Source: Acidimicrobiia bacterium (GTDB lineage Bacteria; Actinomycetota; Acidimicrobiia; Spongiisociales; UBA5794). Taken from it: DNA of 64,000 nucleotides. This document shows positions 48,155 through 57,865 of the stretch, piece by piece. The position numbers were made by a program, and so were the translations under genes. How positions within the stretch are numbered: position 1 is the stretch's first letter; every line of letters begins with the position of its first letter. The stretch spans positions 1,114 through 65,113 of the forward strand of contig JASJDZ010000005.1 of NCBI GenBank assembly GCA_030065575.1. The letters are read 5' to 3'. The notes under the pieces are model-generated. The model was not told the DNA's origin and did not search any database. It saw only the letters and a program-made list of their open reading frames with translations.

Positions 48155-51100
48155 GTGAGCCGCGGCGCGACCAGCTTGAGAAATCCAGGAGCAGAATTGG
48201 CAAGCGAGAGACCGAGTCCAGCTGTCCGCCGGCTTCGCCGATTGGCAGGACGATCCGCCCGGAAGCTGGGCCTGCTCCCTCCCGCCGGTCCGAAGCCACC
48301 CGCATCGCAGCTACCTCGCAAGCAGAAGCTGGACCGTGAGTGGGTCAATCTCACGGCGTCTTGGGCCCGCATGCCTATGGCTGATGGCAACTGGGCCGAG
48401 GCCATTAGACGTTGGGAACAGCTTCTCGACCGCTTTGGCCCCTCTTCGTCGTGGAGCGCTTATCGAGGCTTGATCGTCTCCTACACCGAGCTAGGGCGGC
48501 TGGGGACTGCAGGGGCAATTGCCGCCCGGGGTCGCGAGATGTTCCCGGAATCGGTTGAGTTGGCGTCGCTCTGGGCGGGACTGCCCATGTTCGACGAAGA
48601 GTGGGCGGCTTCAGTCGAGCGATGGGTGGAGGTGCTCGAGCAATATGGGCCGACTGCATCGTGGAAGCCGTACCGGGGCCTGGCCAACTGCTACGAGCAG
48701 ATAGGCGATATCCCGGCTTCGGTGGAAGCCGCGGAGCTGGGCTATCAACACTTCCCCGACATTGTCGAGATGGCAACCACATGGGCGCAGATGTCGATGA
48801 TCGAAGAGGATTGGCCCGAAGCCGTCAATCGCTTCCAGCACGTGCTCGATAGATTTGGCTCACAGGTCCAGTGGAAAGCCCATCTGCGTCTCGCTCTGGC
48901 TCACGGTCGTCAGGGCGATCTGGAAGCAGCGGGAAAGACACTCGCAATTGGGCTGGAGCGCTACTCCTACGAGCTCACCCTGGTCGGGCACGCTGCCGAG
49001 TTAGCGATGGCGCGCCGCGATTGGCCGGAGGCCGTTTCGATTTGGAATGACATCCTGGAGGCTCGGATCCGTCTGTCCAATGGTCAGGTGAACAAGACGG
49101 TGTTCCCCCGTCGCGGATCGGAATGGCCGTGGTACGAGGAGGCTTGGGAGGCGCTGATCAGCGACTGGCCCTCAATCGAACAGGAGCTTTCGTTCCAACC
49201 GAGCCCGATGCTGTACCGGTCGCTTGGGGCATCGTTCGAGAGTGCCGACCTGCCCGAGGCCGCGCTGGAGATCCTGCGTCACGGGGCGAAGGCCCATCCG
49301 GATGATCACTCGATAGCGTTCGATCTGGCCGCTGCTTACCTCGATCTCCGCCACGACGAAGGCAAGCCGGCGATCGCTTCCGAGCTCGGCGTCGACCTCG
49401 AGGGGCATCCGCTGATGTCGCGGATCTGTGTGGGTGGATCCGGGCTTGCCAACGATCCGATCTCGGCTCTGTGCGCCCGCAACGAGGAGACCCTCGACGG
49501 TTTCCGCCCGGCTCGCTCGGAGCTGTCCACCGAGCTCGGCAGCGTGCACATCCTCCGGGTTCCCTATGACTCCTCAATCGAACTCCAAATCAAGGCCGGC
49601 CGCTATCTGACGCCGAAGGGCATCGAGAAGAGGGTTCGGCAGATCAGCGAGCGGGATGCCTGGGATGAGATGACAGCCCCGGAGAACCTCGTGCTGAAGA
49701 GGGCCCGCGAGGTCTCGGCGGAATACGCCCGTCGGTTTGCGGACCGGCCACTGCTCGAGGCCGACGCCCTCGGCGAGGCAGTGCTCTTCTTCGTATTTCA
49801 CGAGCTGTGCCTCTACGAGCCGATGAAGCGGCTGGCCGAAGACATCGCCGCCCAGGATGACTCGAGCCCGGTCTTCATTGAGGGTCCAACGGACACGTAC
49901 CGCTACATCGACGGCTACTCATTCAGTGACTTCGATGTTCTCTATCTCTACTTCGAGCTGCGGCGCCGCGGGGTGAACGCGTTCCTCTGCCGCTACCACC
50001 ACGGTGACCCCCCATCGAAGCCCAAGCTGAGGTTCGTTCCCGGCGTGCGCTCACTCCTACCGCGCGGCGAGGTCCAGAGAACAAGCGATTCCACCAACCC
50101 GCGGGTATTGGTTCCCGCCGGTATCCGCTCGGTGCGTCGAGTTGTCGGCGCCCTGGGGCAGACCCTCGTCTATTCGTCTGGATCTGTCGTCAAGGAGTTC
50201 GCGTACGACCGGTCGCTGCGCCAGCAGTTCCCGATTGAGCCTCAAGCCTCGTTCCATCCCAGCCTGACTCAGCTCCCGGAGTTTCGGTTCGATCTGTGGC
50301 CGGCTGCGGTCTTGCACGGGGTGCCTCTTCATCCGGCAGACGGACTGGAGCCGACTGCACGTATCGAGGTGTCCGCAGAGCTTGGCGGGGACTGGCTGAC
50401 CTGGCTCGACCGGGCGCTCCATGACTACCTCTCCGGGCTCTCTGCCCGTGCCTTCGCACAGGTGGCTGCTCGTGAGATCGAGGAAGTACACGTGTGCGAC
50501 CACCTCTTCACAGACGCGGTCCTGTTTGCCAACGCAGTCAAGGCGAATGGCGGCCGGGTGGTGCTCTGGCCGCACTCGGCAAACCCGGTACACGTGAACG
50601 AGCGGCGGGCCGAGTCGTTCGACGAGGTCCATGCGGTCACGCAGGCTGGCTGCGAGCAGTGGAGGAAGCGGTTCCCCGAGATGAAGGTGACGCACTCACC
50701 ATCTGTGATGCTCGACCCTCCGACCCGCAACACCCGGGTCGATGAGTCTCTGCCGCTCTCCGTGGTGATAATCGGTGGCCGGTCGGTGCTGCGGCACATG
50801 CCGATCCTCGATCGTGATCTCCACGAGAAGTCGTATCGCGATCTGTTTGCAGGTCTGGAGAAGTTGAAGAAGAAGCACTCGTTGAACGTGTTCTTCAAGC
50901 CGCGCGGCCACACCGGTGAGCACGAGATGTGGCTGGCGCAGTTGATTGGATCTTCGGATCAGTGGGAGCGAGTTCTGGAGCATCCTTTGCGAATGGATCT
51001 TCCCAACATGCTCTTTGTCTCGGTTTCGATGGGATCCTCTGCCCTTCTCGAAGGCCTGAGTCGAGGGATCCCCGGGCTTGTTGTGCGCGACTTCCCCGTG

Positions 51101-51262
51101 CGGGACTACACGACACTCGACGCCGACACCTTCCCAACCGGACGGGTCGGGGAGATGCTCGACACTATCGCCGCCTGCTGCCGGCCGGGTGGCTACGAGG
51201 CACTGCTCGAGCACGAGCTGAAGTACTACGCCACTGAGCTCGAGGTCGGCGAGGCCCTCTAG
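48155..51262 (+). CDS. TPR-repeat protein with basic N-terminus and an uncharacterised ~600-aa C-terminal domain (possible GT-B-like)
   Basis: Four 70-aa periodic units (W at residues 70/140/210 and 80/150/220/290). The GTG start is favoured because the first repeat unit begins upstream of the first ATG. I recognised no known catalytic motif in the C-terminal part. Confidence 0.75.
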   Translation: MSRGATSLRNPGAELASERPSPAVRRLRRLAGRSARKLGLLPPAGPKPPASQLPRKQKLDREWVNLTASWARMPMADGNWAEAIRRWEQLLDRFGPSSSWSAYRGLIVSYTELGRLGTAGAIAARGREMFPESVELASLWAGLPMFDEEWAASVERWVEVLEQYGPTASWKPYRGLANCYEQIGDIPASVEAAELGYQHFPDIVEMATTWAQMSMIEEDWPEAVNRFQHVLDRFGSQVQWKAHLRLALAHGRQGDLEAAGKTLAIGLERYSYELTLVGHAAELAMARRDWPEAVSIWNDILEARIRLSNGQVNKTVFPRRGSEWPWYEEAWEALISDWPSIEQELSFQPSPMLYRSLGASFESADLPEAALEILRHGAKAHPDDHSIAFDLAAAYLDLRHDEGKPAIASELGVDLEGHPLMSRICVGGSGLANDPISALCARNEETLDGFRPARSELSTELGSVHILRVPYDSSIELQIKAGRYLTPKGIEKRVRQISERDAWDEMTAPENLVLKRAREVSAEYARRFADRPLLEADALGEAVLFFVFHELCLYEPMKRLAEDIAAQDDSSPVFIEGPTDTYRYIDGYSFSDFDVLYLYFELRRRGVNAFLCRYHHGDPPSKPKLRFVPGVRSLLPRGEVQRTSDSTNPRVLVPAGIRSVRRVVGALGQTLVYSSGSVVKEFAYDRSLRQQFPIEPQASFHPSLTQLPEFRFDLWPAAVLHGVPLHPADGLEPTARIEVSAELGGDWLTWLDRALHDYLSGLSARAFAQVAAREIEEVHVCDHLFTDAVLFANAVKANGGRVVLWPHSANPVHVNERRAESFDEVHAVTQAGCEQWRKRFPEMKVTHSPSVMLDPPTRNTRVDESLPLSVVIIGGRSVLRHMPILDRDLHEKSYRDLFAGLEKLKKKHSLNVFFKPRGHTGEHEMWLAQLIGSSDQWERVLEHPLRMDLPNMLFVSVSMGSSALLEGLSRGIPGLVVRDFPVRDYTTLDADTFPTGRVGEMLDTIAACCRPGGYEALLEHELKYYATELEVGEAL

Positions 51263-51271
51263 AGCCAGCGG

Positions 51272-52324
51272 CTATTCGCCCTCGAGCAGGTCCCAGGTGA
51301 CCGGAGTGCCGCGCGGTACGTCCCCGCCGACCCTTCGACCCAGCAAACTGGAGTAGTGCTTCGGCGGCAGTCCGAGCCCGGGGCGGATGCTGCGCATGTT
51401 GTCGGCACTCAGCTCGGCGCCGGCCTCGAGATCCTCCGTTATGTAGAGCGAGCGTCGCCGGCTCCTGGTCGCTTCGCTGGCGGATGTGTGGTACTCGGCC
51501 GAACCAAGGGCGCGGCGGGCCCGGCTGCCTTCGATTACCAGCGAGGCAAACTCGTCGGGCTCGAGAGAGAAGGCTGCATCGACGCCGCCGCCCGATCGAT
51601 CGAGCGTGATGTGCTTCTCGATGACCGTTGCCCCGAGCACGATCGCTGCGACCGGTACGCCGATGCCCAGGGTGTGGTCCGATAGGCCAACCTGACAGCC
51701 GTACCGATCTCTGAGATCGCCCATCGACCTGAGGTGCGCATCGTCGGGCTCAGTGGGATAGCTGCTCGTGCATTTCAGCAGGATCAGGTCCTGGCATCCT
51801 GCTGTGCGGGCAGCGTTGACCGCATCATCGATCTCCTCGAGTGTCGCAATGCCGGTCGAGATGATCACCGGTCGCCCGGTCGCAGCCACGCGCTCGATGA
51901 GCGGGATGTCGGTTATCTCGAGCGAGGCGATCTTGTAGGCCGGCACGTCGAGGCTTTCGAGGAAATCGACTGCCGATGCGTCGAACGGGGAGCTGAAGCA
52001 GTCGATGCCATGGCTCTTCGCCCGATCCATGATCGGCTTATGCCATTCCCATGGCGTGTGCGCTTCCTCGTAGAGGTCATAAAGGGTTCGCCCATGCCAG
52101 AGGGAATCCGGATTGCTGATCAGGAACTCCTCGCGGTCGACATCGAGCGTCATGGTGTCGGCCGTGTAGGTCTGCAGCTTCACCGCCTGAACACCGGCGG
52201 CTGCGGCAGCATCGACGATCGCCAGGGCACGATCCAGCGAGCCATCATGGTTGCCGGACAACTCCGCAATCACGTATGGATCGTGATCGGGCCCTACCGC
52301 GGTCTTGCCGATCCGGATGGTCAT
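51272..52324 (-). CDS. pseI: Pseudaminic acid / N-acetylneuraminate synthase family (NeuB/PseI) with C-terminal SAF domain
   Basis: ATG 52324 with GGGAG SD. YVIAELSGNHDGSLDRA motif. C-terminal IRPGLGLPPKHY...RGTPVTWDLL. Confidence 0.88.
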   Translation of the reverse strand: MTIRIGKTAVGPDHDPYVIAELSGNHDGSLDRALAIVDAAAAAGVQAVKLQTYTADTMTLDVDREEFLISNPDSLWHGRTLYDLYEEAHTPWEWHKPIMDRAKSHGIDCFSSPFDASAVDFLESLDVPAYKIASLEITDIPLIERVAATGRPVIISTGIATLEEIDDAVNAARTAGCQDLILLKCTSSYPTEPDDAHLRSMGDLRDRYGCQVGLSDHTLGIGVPVAAIVLGATVIEKHITLDRSGGGVDAAFSLEPDEFASLVIEGSRARRALGSAEYHTSASEATRSRRRSLYITEDLEAGAELSADNMRSIRPGLGLPPKHYSSLLGRRVGGDVPRGTPVTWDLLEGE

Positions 52325-52384
52325 CGCTCTCAACTCCCATGATCGTGGCCCTAACCGGGACCCGCAGGCGACAGATGCCTGAGA

Positions 52385-52403
52385 CACAACAATCCTAGTT
52401 GTG
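52385..52403. promoter_or_regulatory. Inverted repeat CACAAC-N7-GTTGTG whose spacer carries a minus-strand TAGGAT -10-like hexamer, in the 104-bp gap upstream of pseI
   Basis: Read directly. Locally AT-rich. Confidence 0.3.
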
Positions 52404-52428
52404 CAGCCGGTTTCTGGCCCCGGCGTCG

Positions 52429-53313
52429 CTAGCCGGTCGCAGCCAGGTATCGCTTGATCGAATCCACGAGCGATCCGGCCGGTGACCAACCGAGCTGTTC
52501 GGATGCAAGCTCACAATTCAGGCTGTAGTGCGAGGTGTCCTCGTCCGCTACCGGGGTGTACTGGATCGCAGCTTCGTCCATACCGACCGCCTGGGTTGCG
52601 GCAATAGCCAGCTCACGTATCGAATGCCCGCCGCCACCGATGTTGATCGCCGGAGCGGTTGTGTCGGTCTCCAGGGCAAGCCGGAAAGCTGTCACAACAT
52701 CGTCAACGTAGACGAAGTCGCGAACCGCCTTCCCCTCTCCGGCGACGGTGGGTGGTCTGCCGTTGCGAGCATCGTCGACAAACCGCGGCAACACTCCGCG
52801 ACCCTGGTCGCCACGGCCGTACACCTGACCGATGCGCAGCGCCAGCCCGGAGAGAGTGCCATCGGTGGTGTGGAGGCGGACCAGGTTCTCTGCGATAACT
52901 TTGCTGAGGCCGTAGAACCCGTCGGGATCTCCGGCCTGATCCTCGGTGGCGGGGGAGTTGATGCGCGACGGGTAGACCAGTCTGGATGAGGCGGCAACGA
53001 ACCGCAGCACGCCGGCATCCCTTGCCGCGCGGAGTAGAGCTTCCGTGAGTAGGACGTTTGGCTGGAGATAGTCGGCGAGGGGCGTTGTCGGGCTGTCCTG
53101 TTGCCTGGCGGCCAGGTGGACAACGGCGTCGACGCCATGCAGGAGATCGCGGAGATCAGCCCCTATCGCCGTTTCGTTGGTGGCGCCCATCGGGGCCATG
53201 GTGATCCCGTCCGCCGCTCTGCCCAGTCCGACAACCGTGTGCCCATGGGACCGAAGGTGCGCAGTGAGATGTGAGCCTATGAATCCGCTGGCTCCGGTGA
53301 CTGCGACCTTCAT
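52429..53313 (-). CDS. NAD-dependent epimerase/dehydratase family SDR
   Basis: VTGASGFIGSHL Rossmann motif, YGLSK catalytic motif. Confidence 0.8.
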   Translation of the reverse strand: MKVAVTGASGFIGSHLTAHLRSHGHTVVGLGRAADGITMAPMGATNETAIGADLRDLLHGVDAVVHLAARQQDSPTTPLADYLQPNVLLTEALLRAARDAGVLRFVAASSRLVYPSRINSPATEDQAGDPDGFYGLSKVIAENLVRLHTTDGTLSGLALRIGQVYGRGDQGRGVLPRFVDDARNGRPPTVAGEGKAVRDFVYVDDVVTAFRLALETDTTAPAINIGGGGHSIRELAIAATQAVGMDEAAIQYTPVADEDTSHYSLNCELASEQLGWSPAGSLVDSIKRYLAATG

Positions 53314-54431
53314 TGCAGCTCGGTCTTCATGTAGTAGCCCATCCGGCAGACGACACCATTTGCGTCTCGGGGCAGCGCGCCCTCGTCGACCTGGATCTCG
53401 CTGAAGGTGACGTTTCCTGACGTCGGGTAGTCGGCCGCATGGAACGCTCGTCCCGGGGGGCCGAGATGGAAGAAGAGCGAGTCGGTCGTTGTGTCATCAA
53501 ACGGCTCAGGATCGCGCCAGGGCTCACCGGTCAGGAGATCAAATGCGGCCTCCATCAAATTGAACCCGGTGTGCTGGAGAATCAGTCGCCAGAGATGGCA
53601 ACCATCAAATCGTGATGCCACCTCGATGATCCGTGGACCGCGTGGCGTCAGTTTCATCTGGAAATAGAGCGGCCCGGTCACAACGGCGAAGGCGGAAACG
53701 AAACTCTCGACGATGTTGCGCACCTCAGGTTCTGTCGCAGGATCCAGGGTGTGTGCCGGCAGCACGTGGCCTGCCGCAACGCCGATCAGGTCCCCTTCCC
53801 AGACGAGACGATCCGAAGGCAGGAAGAACCTGACCGCACCGTCGACGACAAATGCGTGAACCGAGATCTCGGGCCCATCGAGCCATTCCTCGATGATTGC
53901 GGTCCCGGAGGACGACTGGCCCAAAGCAGCGATGACGGCCTCACCTGCCGCGGCGGGCGATTCCACAACCGTGATGCCACGCTGCCCCTGGCTATCGGAC
54001 GGCTTCACAATCGCCGGGAAGGTGGCAAAGCCTTCGAGGTCATCGATCGAAGACAGGCTCCTGTGGGCGACCGGGCTGAGGTCGGCAGCGGCGAGGCGGC
54101 GGCGAAGCAGGTCCTTCCGTTGCAGAGTGTCGGTTAGCTCCACGCTGTGGAAGCCGGGGAGACCGAGTTGTTGGCTCACCCGAGCGACCGTCGGCATGGC
54201 GATGTCGGATCCGACCGAATAGACGACGTCCACCTCGAGATCGGCGGCGAGCTCGGCGACAGCGTCCACATCGAGAATGTCGACCAGATGGAAGCCGTCG
54301 GCGGCGGTGACGCCAGGCCCTTCGCGCCGATGACCGCACGTGTGCACAACCCATCCCTTGTCGTGAAGGAGGTCGACGGCATCGACCTGGCCGGCGAGCG
54401 TGCCGAGGATCAAGGCGCTTTTCTGGGACAT
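53310..54431 (-). CDS. ATP-grasp domain ligase
   Basis: FPAIVKPSDSQGQRGI and IIEEWLDGPEISV segments typical of the ATP-grasp fold. ATGA overlap with the downstream SDR. Confidence 0.8.
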   Translation of the reverse strand: MSQKSALILGTLAGQVDAVDLLHDKGWVVHTCGHRREGPGVTAADGFHLVDILDVDAVAELAADLEVDVVYSVGSDIAMPTVARVSQQLGLPGFHSVELTDTLQRKDLLRRRLAAADLSPVAHRSLSSIDDLEGFATFPAIVKPSDSQGQRGITVVESPAAAGEAVIAALGQSSSGTAIIEEWLDGPEISVHAFVVDGAVRFFLPSDRLVWEGDLIGVAAGHVLPAHTLDPATEPEVRNIVESFVSAFAVVTGPLYFQMKLTPRGPRIIEVASRFDGCHLWRLILQHTGFNLMEAAFDLLTGEPWRDPEPFDDTTTDSLFFHLGPPGRAFHAADYPTSGNVTFSEIQVDEGALPRDANGVVCRMGYYMKTELQ

Positions 54432-54492
54432 GAGGTCTCGATTGTTGTTGGGGGTAGCTCGGTGCCGTTAGGAATCGCTGCAGGGTGCCGGT

Positions 54493-56010
54493 TCACGACC
54501 CTGGCTCGGTTGGAGCGATGGTACCAGCGGGTATCTCGAACGAGGCGTAGAGAGAGGCGCCGCGATCAGGGAGTTGGTGTGGCGGCGCAGCAGCAACGAA
54601 CCACAGATGGTTGCCGTCGATTCTCCAGGCCCCGGGTCCGAGCCGTGCTTCGATATCGGCCGCCAGGCGCATTGCAGACGCATGGTCATCGAGTGAGTAG
54701 GCGACCCGTACGCTCTCATCCTTCAGGTCGGCCCGAGCGCGGCCGACCGGGGTACCGTCGACTTCGACGACCAGCAAAGCCGTCGCGGTGTCGTCGAGAC
54801 CACGCCAGAAGCGAGATCGCTCGGCTGCCCAGACTTCAGGGCCATCTAGCTGCCGGCCTTCTCCGGGTGGGCCGGAAGGATCGGAGCCGATGAACTGGGG
54901 GACGTCGAGCGAGGTCGCCGGTCGAAGCGTCAGCTTGCCTGCCAGGTCGGCTGTGAGGGCAAGAGCGATCCGTTCCGCCCCGCGGCCATCAACGAGAGGA
55001 GGCGATGGTGGCGGAGGCTTCGCCATGTAGTCCAGCAGCAGCTCCCGATAGTCGTCTCCGGAGACCTCTCCGCTTATGCCGGCCCAGACCGTGATACCAG
55101 CAGAGGCGAGCGCAGAAGTAACCCCCGAGTGTGCAGCCGAGGTGGTGGTCACGATCGCAGGCACATCGAGGCAGAGTCGCTCCCAGGTTCCCGAGCCGCT
55201 GGCGCCAATGACGAGATCGGCGTCCAGAAGCAGGTTCGCCATCGTCGGCAGCCCAACATGAAGCTCGGTGTTGGGTCGGCGTCGGATCGCCTCTGCCGAT
55301 CGGTCGGTGAGGGCGCTCCTGGCGCCGACTACGACATCGACTGCAATGTCGCGGAACTCGTCCGTCGATAGCCCGGCAAGAACTCGCTCAGTCTCGTTCT
55401 TGGGGTCGGAGCCGCCGAAGGAAACAACGATTCGATGCGGAGGGTGGTGTCGTTCCGGGAGGTGACGACGTGCCGCCGCGTAGGCGGATTGGAGCAGCGC
55501 GTAGCGGGGCCCCAGCAACTGCAAGGTCTCCTCGTCAACCAGCCCGTGGTAGCGCGACATCGTTTCGCCGCCGTACCAATTCTGGTCAACGATGATGTCG
55601 ACGTCATGGCGGCGATTGGCGAGATCATCAATGGCAAGGACACGTGAGGTATGGCGTTTGACGCCATTCTCCCAGTGCGCGTCGAGCCCGTAGTGGTCAA
55701 CGACGACGGCATCGAATGGCCCGGATGCCAACTCCAGGACGAGGCTCAGATCGAGCTCTTGAAGCTCGTGTGGCCAAGGACCGGAGAGCAGCGAATGCGG
55801 CAGCGGCTGGTCCGGCATGCGGCGGACCGCGTGACCGGCCTGCACAATCCTCTCGACGAAGCCACCGGTATCGTCACGTAGGGCAAACGTCACGTCGGCG
55901 CCGCGTCGCCGCAGCGAGTCGGCAAGCGTGATGCATCGGATTACGTGACCACCACCGACTTCCCGACCACCGTCGGCACGTACCAGCACTCGTGGGCTGC
56001 TACTCGTCAC
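54493..56010 (-). CDS. pseG: PseG-like UDP-sugar hydrolase (GT-B fold) with a ~150-aa C-terminal GNAT-like extension (possible PseH function, uncertain)
   Basis: VRADGGREVGGGHVIRCITLA start typical of PseG. The C-terminal LTLRPATSLD...ALLVVEVDGTPVGRARAD resembles GNAT beta strands, but I cannot find a clean Q/RxxGxG/A motif. Confidence 0.75.
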   Translation of the reverse strand: MTSSSPRVLVRADGGREVGGGHVIRCITLADSLRRRGADVTFALRDDTGGFVERIVQAGHAVRRMPDQPLPHSLLSGPWPHELQELDLSLVLELASGPFDAVVVDHYGLDAHWENGVKRHTSRVLAIDDLANRRHDVDIIVDQNWYGGETMSRYHGLVDEETLQLLGPRYALLQSAYAAARRHLPERHHPPHRIVVSFGGSDPKNETERVLAGLSTDEFRDIAVDVVVGARSALTDRSAEAIRRRPNTELHVGLPTMANLLLDADLVIGASGSGTWERLCLDVPAIVTTTSAAHSGVTSALASAGITVWAGISGEVSGDDYRELLLDYMAKPPPPSPPLVDGRGAERIALALTADLAGKLTLRPATSLDVPQFIGSDPSGPPGEGRQLDGPEVWAAERSRFWRGLDDTATALLVVEVDGTPVGRARADLKDESVRVAYSLDDHASAMRLAADIEARLGPGAWRIDGNHLWFVAAAPPHQLPDRGASLYASFEIPAGTIAPTEPGS

Positions 56011-56716
56011 TCAACATCCTGTGGATGAGCTCCGCCCGGTGCCAGTCCTCTTCGGTGTCGATGTCCTGGACTCGCCATCGCGGGAGGATGTGGAGTAGTG
56101 ACCGGGACTGGAAGACCGGCCGGCCTGCAAGCCAGGAATCGCGATGGCCCCAGTAGAACTGGCCGGCGTCGTGATAAGCCTCCTCGAGGTCTTGTGATCG
56201 GGTCAATGTGTGCTCGGGCCACATCAGCTCGCAGATCCCGTCGGATCGAACTCGAAGAGCCCGCTGAATTGGGGAATCGAACCCGGCGGCGGAGAACACG
56301 AAGTCGACGCGCTGGGAGCGAAGCTGCTCGAAGCTCTCTTCCAGATCGCGAGGCTCGATGAACACCGCAGTGGGGTAGACGATGCAGACAGAGCCCAGCT
56401 GCGTTCCGCTCTGCGATTCCAGAGTCTCGATCGCATGGATGATCACGGGTCTGGCGCCTGTGTGGTCATCGGCAAGCTCGGCGGGGCGCAGGAACGGAGC
56501 TTCGGCTCCGGCGGCAGTTGCCAGTTCGGCAATCTCGGTGTCGTCGGTCGAGACCACGACCCGATCAAATACGCTCGTTTGGCGAAGAAGGTTGATGGTA
56601 CGGACCAGTAGGGGAGTGCCGCGGAACGGGCGGATGTTCTTGCGGGGAATGCGCTTGCTGCCGCCCCGAGCGGGGACTACGGCGACCGTGGCTCCGTTGC
56701 TGGTTCCCGTCACCAT
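56000..56716 (-). CDS. pseF: CMP-nonulosonic acid synthetase (acylneuraminate cytidylyltransferase family; PseF-like)
   Basis: VAVVPARGGSKRIPRKN motif. 238 aa. Confidence 0.85.
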   Translation of the reverse strand: MVTGTSNGATVAVVPARGGSKRIPRKNIRPFRGTPLLVRTINLLRQTSVFDRVVVSTDDTEIAELATAAGAEAPFLRPAELADDHTGARPVIIHAIETLESQSGTQLGSVCIVYPTAVFIEPRDLEESFEQLRSQRVDFVFSAAGFDSPIQRALRVRSDGICELMWPEHTLTRSQDLEEAYHDAGQFYWGHRDSWLAGRPVFQSRSLLHILPRWRVQDIDTEEDWHRAELIHRMLSDE

Positions 56717-56719
56717 GAT

Positions 56720-57865
56720 CTAGGCGCCAACCGCGGCACCGACCATCTCCACAACCCGGTCTTGTTCCTCATCGGTCAGGCCGGGCCACATCGGAAGGGA
56801 CAGAAGCCCTGCATAGGCCGTCTCGGCAACGGGGCACAAGCCCGGCTCGTAGCCAAGATTGCGGTAGTAGGAGTGGAGGTAGACGGGAAGGTAGTGAACG
56901 TTGACGCCGATTCCAGCAGCCCGCATGTTCTCGAAGGCCGAAGCCCGGATGGCAGCACTGTCGGGGCCCTCGAAGATGACCGGGAAGAGGTGCCAGGAGG
57001 CGGTACGGTCCTCCGGCTCGGTGAGGGTCCGAAGTCCGTCGAAATCGGCAAACGCTGTGTTGTAGCGGGCCGCGATCCGGCGCCTGGCCTCTACCCAATC
57101 GGGGAGCTTGGCGAGCTGCGAAATCCCGAGCGCACAGTTCAGATCAGGGAGCCGGTAGTTGAACCCCAGCGCAGCCATGTCGTACGCCCAGGTTCCCTGC
57201 TCCTCACGCTGGCGGAAGTCGGTCTTGATCCCGTGATTGCGGTATTGCCTCATCCGCTCGGCTAGCTCGGGGCTGTCGGTTGTGACCATGCCGCCTTCGG
57301 CCGTAGTGAGATGCTTGACCGGATGGAAGCTGAAGATGGAGAGGTCGGCGATACTGCCGATCGGTCGCCCGCGGTAGGTCCCACCCGGTGCGTGGCACGC
57401 ATCCTCGATGAGCAGCAGATCATGCTGCTCGCATAGCGACCGGAGCTCGTCGAGGTCGCACGGCACTCCCGCAAAGTCAACGGCAACAATGGCCCTGGTG
57501 CGGTCGGTGATGAGCGAGGCAACGTGATTTGGGTCGATCGTCAGGGTGTCGCTGCGCACATCGGCGAATACAACGTCGGCACCTACGTAGCGAGCCATGT
57601 TGGCGCTCGCAGCAAAGGTCATCGCGGCAACGATCACCTCGTCTCCGGGCCCGAAACCAGCAGCCAGAGCAGCGACGTGGAGGGCCGCCGTGCCGTTGGA
57701 AACCGCAACACCGTATTGGGCACCAACGAAGTCGGAGAACGCCTCCTCGAACTGTGCCACCGCCGGCCCGGTTGTGAGCCAGTCGCCGCGCATCACCGCA
57801 GCTACGGCCTCGATGTCCGCTTCGTCGATGATCTGTCGTCCGTAGGGGACGAAGCGCTTGGTCAT
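56720..57865 (-). CDS. pseC: DegT/DnrJ/EryC1 family aminotransferase (PseC-like)
   Basis: ATG 57865 (ATGA overlap with pseB stop). FSFHPVKHLTTAEGG PLP-lysine segment. Confidence 0.9.
   Translation of the reverse strand: MTKRFVPYGRQIIDEADIEAVAAVMRGDWLTTGPAVAQFEEAFSDFVGAQYGVAVSNGTAALHVAALAAGFGPGDEVIVAAMTFAASANMARYVGADVVFADVRSDTLTIDPNHVASLITDRTRAIVAVDFAGVPCDLDELRSLCEQHDLLLIEDACHAPGGTYRGRPIGSIADLSIFSFHPVKHLTTAEGGMVTTDSPELAERMRQYRNHGIKTDFRQREEQGTWAYDMAALGFNYRLPDLNCALGISQLAKLPDWVEARRRIAARYNTAFADFDGLRTLTEPEDRTASWHLFPVIFEGPDSAAIRASAFENMRAAGIGVNVHYLPVYLHSYYRNLGYEPGLCPVAETAYAGLLSLPMWPGLTDEEQDRVVEMVGAAVGA

Noticed and set aside
48124-48339. 71-aa ATG-initiated ORF overlapping the 5-prime end of the TPR gene in another frame
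   Set aside because: The TPR frame shows the first copy of a 70-residue repeat starting upstream of its first ATG, which supports the GTG 48155 frame. The alternative ORF product is featureless.
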